Shown here one piece after another: positions 22,269-28,673 of a stretch of 28,673 nt of DNA. This DNA comes from Octopus sinensis (lineage: Eukaryota). Every line of letters starts with the position of its first letter. The stretch's first letter is position 1. The position numbers were made by a program, and so were the translations under genes. The notes below the pieces were generated by a model, which saw only the letters and a program-made list of their open reading frames with translations, was not told the origin of the DNA and searched no databases. The DNA lies in NCBI RefSeq assembly GCF_006345805.1, contig NW_021833315.1, forward strand, positions 1-28,673. Direction: 5' to 3'.

Positions 22269-23017
22269 TGTTGTTATTAGTATTATTATTATCATTGTTA
22301 TTATTATTATTGTTGTTGTTGTTGTTGTTGTTGTTGTTATTATTATTATTGTTATTATTATTATAATTGTTATTATTATTTATCATTATAATTGTTGTTG
22401 TTGTTATTATTATTATTAGGGCAGCAAGCTGGCAGAATCGTTAGCCCGGCAGGCAAGATGCTTTGGGGTATTTTGTCTGCTACGTTCTGAGTTCCACTGA
22501 GCTTGACTTTGCCTTTCGTCCTTTCGGGCTCAATAAAATGAGTACCAGTGAAACACTGTGAAACCTCTCCCCACCAAATTCCAGGTCTTGCGCCTATAGT
22601 AGAAAGGGTATTGATACTGTTTCTATTGCCAATTGCAAAAAAAAAAAAAATTATAAAAAAACTGGATATAAGTAAATTAAGTAAATGTGATTGGAGGAGA
22701 GATAGAAAAGAATAGAAAAGAAAGAGAGAGAAGGACAAAGAGCGAGAGGAGATAGAGAGGGGAGAAAGAAAGAGAGGAGTGACAGGAAGAGATAGAAGCG
22801 AAAGATTAAGAGAGGAAAGAGAAGATAGAGAGGGGGAGAGAGGAGATAGAAAGGGAGAGAGAAAGAGAGGAGTGACGAGAAGAGATAGAAAGTGAAAGAC
22901 AAGAGGGGAGAGAGAAGATAGAGACGGGGAGAGAGCGCAGTTGAGTTAGTAAGAAAGTACTAGAAAGAGAGGAGTGACAGGAGGTGTGTCAATGAAGTCT
23001 CATTCATGTCATTGCAC

Positions 23018-23025
23018 TATATAAA
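23018..23025 (+). promoter_or_regulatory. Candidate TATA box of TNF-like copy B
   Basis: TATATAAA about 60 nt before the ATG at 23082; conserved with copy A. Confidence 0.5.
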
Positions 23026-23081
23026 GCTGACTAAACTTAATCTCGCTTCATTCGACAAGCTATTGTGAATGATACATTACA

Positions 23082-23251
23082 ATGATGCCTTGTGGAGGTA
23101 CTGGAGGAGCTGATCAAGAGGCTGATGAAAAAAGAAAAGATCGGAAAAAGTCATTAACATCGAAGATAAAGAAAACAAATTATCTATCATCGGTGTACTA
23201 ATAGCAATATTATGTGCAGTGATCATTACTATTGTTGTAGCAGTAACTCAG
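23082..23251 (+). CDS. Exon 1 of a second TNF-like/type II membrane paralogue (one frameshift in an A-run)
   Basis: MMPCGGTGGADQEADEKRKDRKKSLTSKIK(K)/NKLSIIGVLIAILCAVIITIVVAVTQ|GTACAT; adding one A in the run at 23172-23175 opens the frame to a phase-0 donor equivalent to copy A. Confidence 0.62.
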
Positions 23252-23558
23252 GTACATTTTTTTATTTACTTTCGACAAAGGTGCCAAGTAGGCAGAACGG
23301 TCAGCACGCCGGACAAAATGTCTAACAACATTTTGTCCATCCTTATTTTCTGAGTCCAAATGCTTCTGAGGTTGCCTTTACATTCCATCTTTCCGGGGTT
23401 GATAAAACCAGTACCAGTGAAGCGCTGAGTTGATTTAATCGACTATTTCCCTCACCAAAAAATTTCAGGCCTTGTACCAATAATAGAAAAAGGATTATGC
23501 ATTCTTACATATGATAACTCCACCAACTACTTTGTTTCCTCATAACTGGCAGATAAAT

Positions 23559-24287
<729 letters not shown>

Positions 24288-24289
24288 AT

Positions 24290-25582
24290 AATATTATTAG
24301 AGACAAAACCACTATTTTGCAAAACAAACAAGGAAAGACTTAATCAATACATAAAATTTTAATAAATAGTCAAAAAAACCGCCACTACAATCGTTTCTTG
24401 TCTTGATCGACAATCTTCAGGTGGACTTCCAATCTAAAATATCAATATTTTAAAATATAAAAATAATAATTTTAAATAATTAAAGTATGAATGAAAAATA
24501 TAAATATATAATCCATATATAACCTATATATAATCCATATATAATCAATATATAAACAATATATAAACTAAAAAAAACCTATCAACAATTAAATATAAAA
24601 TATAAAATATAAAATATAAAACAAAACAAAAAAATAATAATAATATAATAATAAACTATATATACACCCATCACATATACCTATTATATATAACCATATC
24701 TAACTACATACACTAAATCACACACCTATATATATATCCCTATACATACACATAAAAACGTCTAGGCAACTATAAAACACAATACTTATTCATACTCCCA
24801 CACACACACATACAACCCCCATTCACGCTCTAGAAAACGGACATCACTCAAAACTATGAACGGAGAAATGGAATAAATGGAATTAAAAATTATATTCACT
24901 TGGTAAACGAACACTACTTAAAAATTATGAATGAAACAATGCAATAAAACAACAGACATCGCAAATAGACACAAATTACTACGAATTCCTTAACAAACCT
25001 ACCATGATAAACCAAAACTCATAAAACATATAATGATAAAATCTCCCTTTACTAAACTCTATAACAACCTATATAGCAATCCCCTAACTTAAACATTCAC
25101 ACACAAATACAGACACGTAAACCACACACCCACGACATATACAAATACCCAACCACTTACACATACCAATACATACATATAAACCTCAACATATACTCCA
25201 AAAAACCCACTCACCCCACACAGACAAATAAACACAAAATTATGAATGGATTCTTTTATAAACTACCATGATAAGCTAAAACTCACAAAACAGAAATGAT
25301 AAAACCTCCTTTACTAAACACTATAACATACTTATATAGCAATCCCTTTAACCTATACATTCACACACAATACACACACTAAACCACACACCCATAACAA
25401 ATACAAACACCCACCCCACTCACACACACCCACAAGTACATATAAGCCTCAACATATACACCAAACAAAATTACTTTACCAAGGAACTTAACATATGTAT
25501 AAAAAGTATAACCGCTCTGGAAACGAACATCTTTAAATTAATTAATGGAGAAATGGAATAAATGGAATTAAAAATAATATTC
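24290..25582 (-). mobile_element. Putative Penelope-like terminal region (pseudo-LTR) with diverged subrepeats
   Basis: The minus strand is TG-rich like the 3' region of the element at 586-2926, carries the hammerhead, and ends in (TA)n; no ORF seen. Confidence 0.5.
24382..24424 (-). ncRNA. Minimal type I hammerhead ribozyme, Penelope-type
   Basis: Minus strand CCAC-CUGAAGA-UUGUC(GAUCAA)GACAA-GAAAC-GAUU-GUA|GUGG: both conserved cores, 4-bp stem I, 5-bp stem II, short near-palindromic stem III, GUA cleavage triplet. Confidence 0.78.
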
Positions 25583-28500
25583 ACGTGGCAAAACGAACAC
25601 CACTCAAAAATTATGAATGAAACAATGTAATAAAACAACCAACATCGAAAATAGACAAATTACCACAAATTCCCTAAAAAAACCATGATAAACCAAAACT
25701 CTTAAAAACATATAACGATAAAATCTCCCTTTGCTAAACTCTATAATAAACCTATATAGCAATCCCCCTAACCAAAACATTCACACACAAATACCACACA
25801 CGTAAACCACAGACCCACGACTTATACACATACCTATACTAACTTATAACCCTCAATATACACCAATACCCACCCCTCCCCCACACAGACAAATTAACAC
25901 ATACATCCCAAAACCTAAATAACAAACCCATATACACATTCACACACAAACACACACACACGCAAAACACACACACACAACAGATACATATACTCCCTCA
26001 CATATACGCATATACATACTCACTAAACTCGATATATACAACAATATTTACACACCCACACTCACAGATAAATAAATCATACAACTAAAAACTCACACAC
26101 AATCTCATATACATAACACTCCTATGAAAACAACATTAAATACATCGTAATTAACCAGAATATCAAAAATAACAATATGACATAAGGATAAATAAAATAC
26201 ATACTTACAAGTCAGTTTCAAATTATGAAGTGAAATTAAATTCTTAGCCGTTAAAAAAATCAAACCAAAATTACGTTACCATAGAAATAACTTATGTAAA
26301 AAAAAAAAAAAAAAAGAATACGCGCCATGGAAAGTAAACGTCATTTAAATTATGAATGGAGAAATAGAATAAATAGAACTAAAAACTATATCCACGTGGC
26401 AAACCAACACTACTTAAAAAATTTATTATGAATGGATTCTTTAAAAAACTACCATGAAAAATCATTATATACAATTATGAGCTTTAGCTCACCTAAGCAG
26501 CTTATACAAACAACTTGCAGTAACCCAAACCTATTCTCGATGCCTATCTCACTACTACACTATTCCATTCACAATTCCAAGCAACGCTAGTCCACCACCG
26601 GTTATTCACGTGGCAAAACGAACACCACTCAAAAATTATGAATGAAACAATGCAATAAAACAACCACATCGAAAGTAGACAAATTACCACGAATTCCCTA
26701 AAAAAACCATGATAAACCAAAACTCTTAAAAACATATAACGATAAAATCTCCCTTTGCTAAACTCTATAACAAACCTATATAGCAATCCCCCTAACCTAA
26801 ACATTCACACACAAATACACACACGTAAACCACAGACCCACGATTATACACATACCTATACTAACTTATAAACCTCATATACACCAAAACCCACTCCCTC
26901 CCCACACAGACATATTAACACATACATCCCAAAACCTAAATAACAAACCCATATACACATCACACACAACCACACACACACGCAAAACACACAAACACAA
27001 CAAATACATATACTCCCTCACATATACGCATATACATACTCACTAAACTCGATATATACAACAATTTACACACACCCCACTCATACAGATAAATAAATTA
27101 TACAACTAAAAACTCACACACAATCTCATATACATAAACACTCCTATGAAAACAACATTAAATACATCGTAATTAACCAGAATATCAAAAATAACAATAT
27201 GACATAAGGATAAATAAAATACATACTTACAAGTCATTTCAAATTATGAAGTGAAATTAAATTCTTAGCCGTTAAAAAAATCAAACCAAAATTACGTTAC
27301 CATAGAAATAACTTATGTAAAAAAAAAAAAAAAAAGAATACGCGCCATGGAAAGTAAACGTCATTTAAATTATGATGAGAAATAGAATAAATAGAACTAA
27401 AAACTATATCCACGTGGCAAACCAACACTACTTAAAAAAAATTTATTATGAATGGATTCTTTAAAAAACTACCATGAAAAATCATTATATACAATTATGA
27501 GCTTTAGCTCACCTAAGCAGCTCTACAACAACTTGCAGTAACCCAAACCTATTCTCGATGCCTATCTCCACTACTACACTATTCCATTCACAATTCCAAG
27601 CAACGCTAGTCCACCACCCGGTATTCACGTGGCAAAACGAACACCACTCAAAAATTATGAATGAAACAATGCAATAAAAAACAAATCGAAAGTAGACAAA
27701 TTACCACGAATTCCTAAAAAACCATGATAAACCAAAACTCTTAAAAACATATAACGATAAAATCTCCCTTTGCTAAACTCTATAACAAACCTATATAGCA
27801 ATCCCCCTAACCTAAACATTCACACACAAATACACACACGTAAACCACAGACCCACGATTATACACATACCTATACTAACTTATAAACCTCAATATACAC
27901 CAAAACCCACTCCCTCCCCACACAGACATATTAACACATACATCCAAACCTAAATAACAAACCCATATACACATTCACACACCCACACACACACACGCAA
28001 AACACACAAACACAACAAATACATATACTCCCTCACATATACGCATATACATACTCACTAAACTCGATATATACAACAATTTTACACACCCACACTCATA
28101 CAGATAAATAAATATACAACTAAAAACTCACACACAATCTCATATACATAAACACTCCTATGAAAACAATAAATACATCGTAATATAACCAGAATATCAA
28201 AAATAACATATGACATAAGGATAAATAAAAACATACTTACAAGTCAGTTTCAAATTATGAAGTGAAATTAAATTCTTAGCCGTTAAAAAAATCAAACCAA
28301 AATTACGTTACCATAGAAATAACTTATGTAAAAAAAAAAAAAAAAAAGAATACGCGCCATGGAAAGTAAACGTCATTTAAATTATGAATGGAGAAATAGA
28401 ATAAATAGAACTAAAAACTATATCCACGTGGCAAACCAACACTACTTAAAAAAATTTATTATGAATGGATTCTTTAAAAAACTACCATGAAAAATCATTA

Positions 28501-28673
28501 TATACAATTATGAGCTTTAGCTCACCTAAGCAGCTCTAACAAACAACTTGCAGTAACCCAAACCTATTCTCGATGCCTATCTCACTACTACACTATTCCA
28601 TTCACAATTCCAAGCAACGCTAGTCCACCACCCGGTTATTCACGTGGCAAAACGAACACCACTCAAAAAAATT
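25583..28673. repeat. ~1.02-kb tandem repeat, three units plus, running off the window
   Basis: CACGTGGCAAAACGAACACCACTCAAAAA at ~25583, 26607, 27626 and 28641; poly-A + GAATACGCGCCATGG at ~26316, 27336 and 28348. Confidence 0.95.

Noticed and set aside
26544-26804. 86-aa minus-strand hydrophobic ORF in the 1-kb unit
   Set aside because: Frame is not preserved in the neighbouring near-identical units; a product of T/G compositional bias.

Overview
Repeat-dense, AT-rich eukaryotic genomic DNA, most likely octopus. This is inferred from the tRNA-derived SINE families, RTE tails and (TA)n/(TAA)n load, not from a database search. Most long ORFs in the track are microsatellite artefacts. Mobile content: a 5'-truncated Naiad-type Penelope-like element (RT + GIY-YIG), a near full-length but disrupted RTE-clade LINE with a tandemly amplified 3' end, a truncated mariner, two non-autonomous Helitrons, several MITEs, many SINEs (some in head-to-tail arrays), R4/Dong-like 3' fragments, and several satellites. 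The ORF track misses a host gene that I reconstructed from splice signals: a four-exon, type II membrane, TNF-superfamily-ligand-like gene on the + strand (9590-9750, 11830-11893, 13425-13472, 14030-14396). It has mutually compatible intron phases but carries stops and frameshifts. A second, nearly intact paralogous promoter + exon 1 lies at about 23018-23251 inside a 1.2-1.35 kb duplication. A minimal type I hammerhead ribozyme sits on the minus strand at 24382-24424, at the end of a Penelope-like terminus adjoining a ~1.02 kb tandem array that runs off the window.
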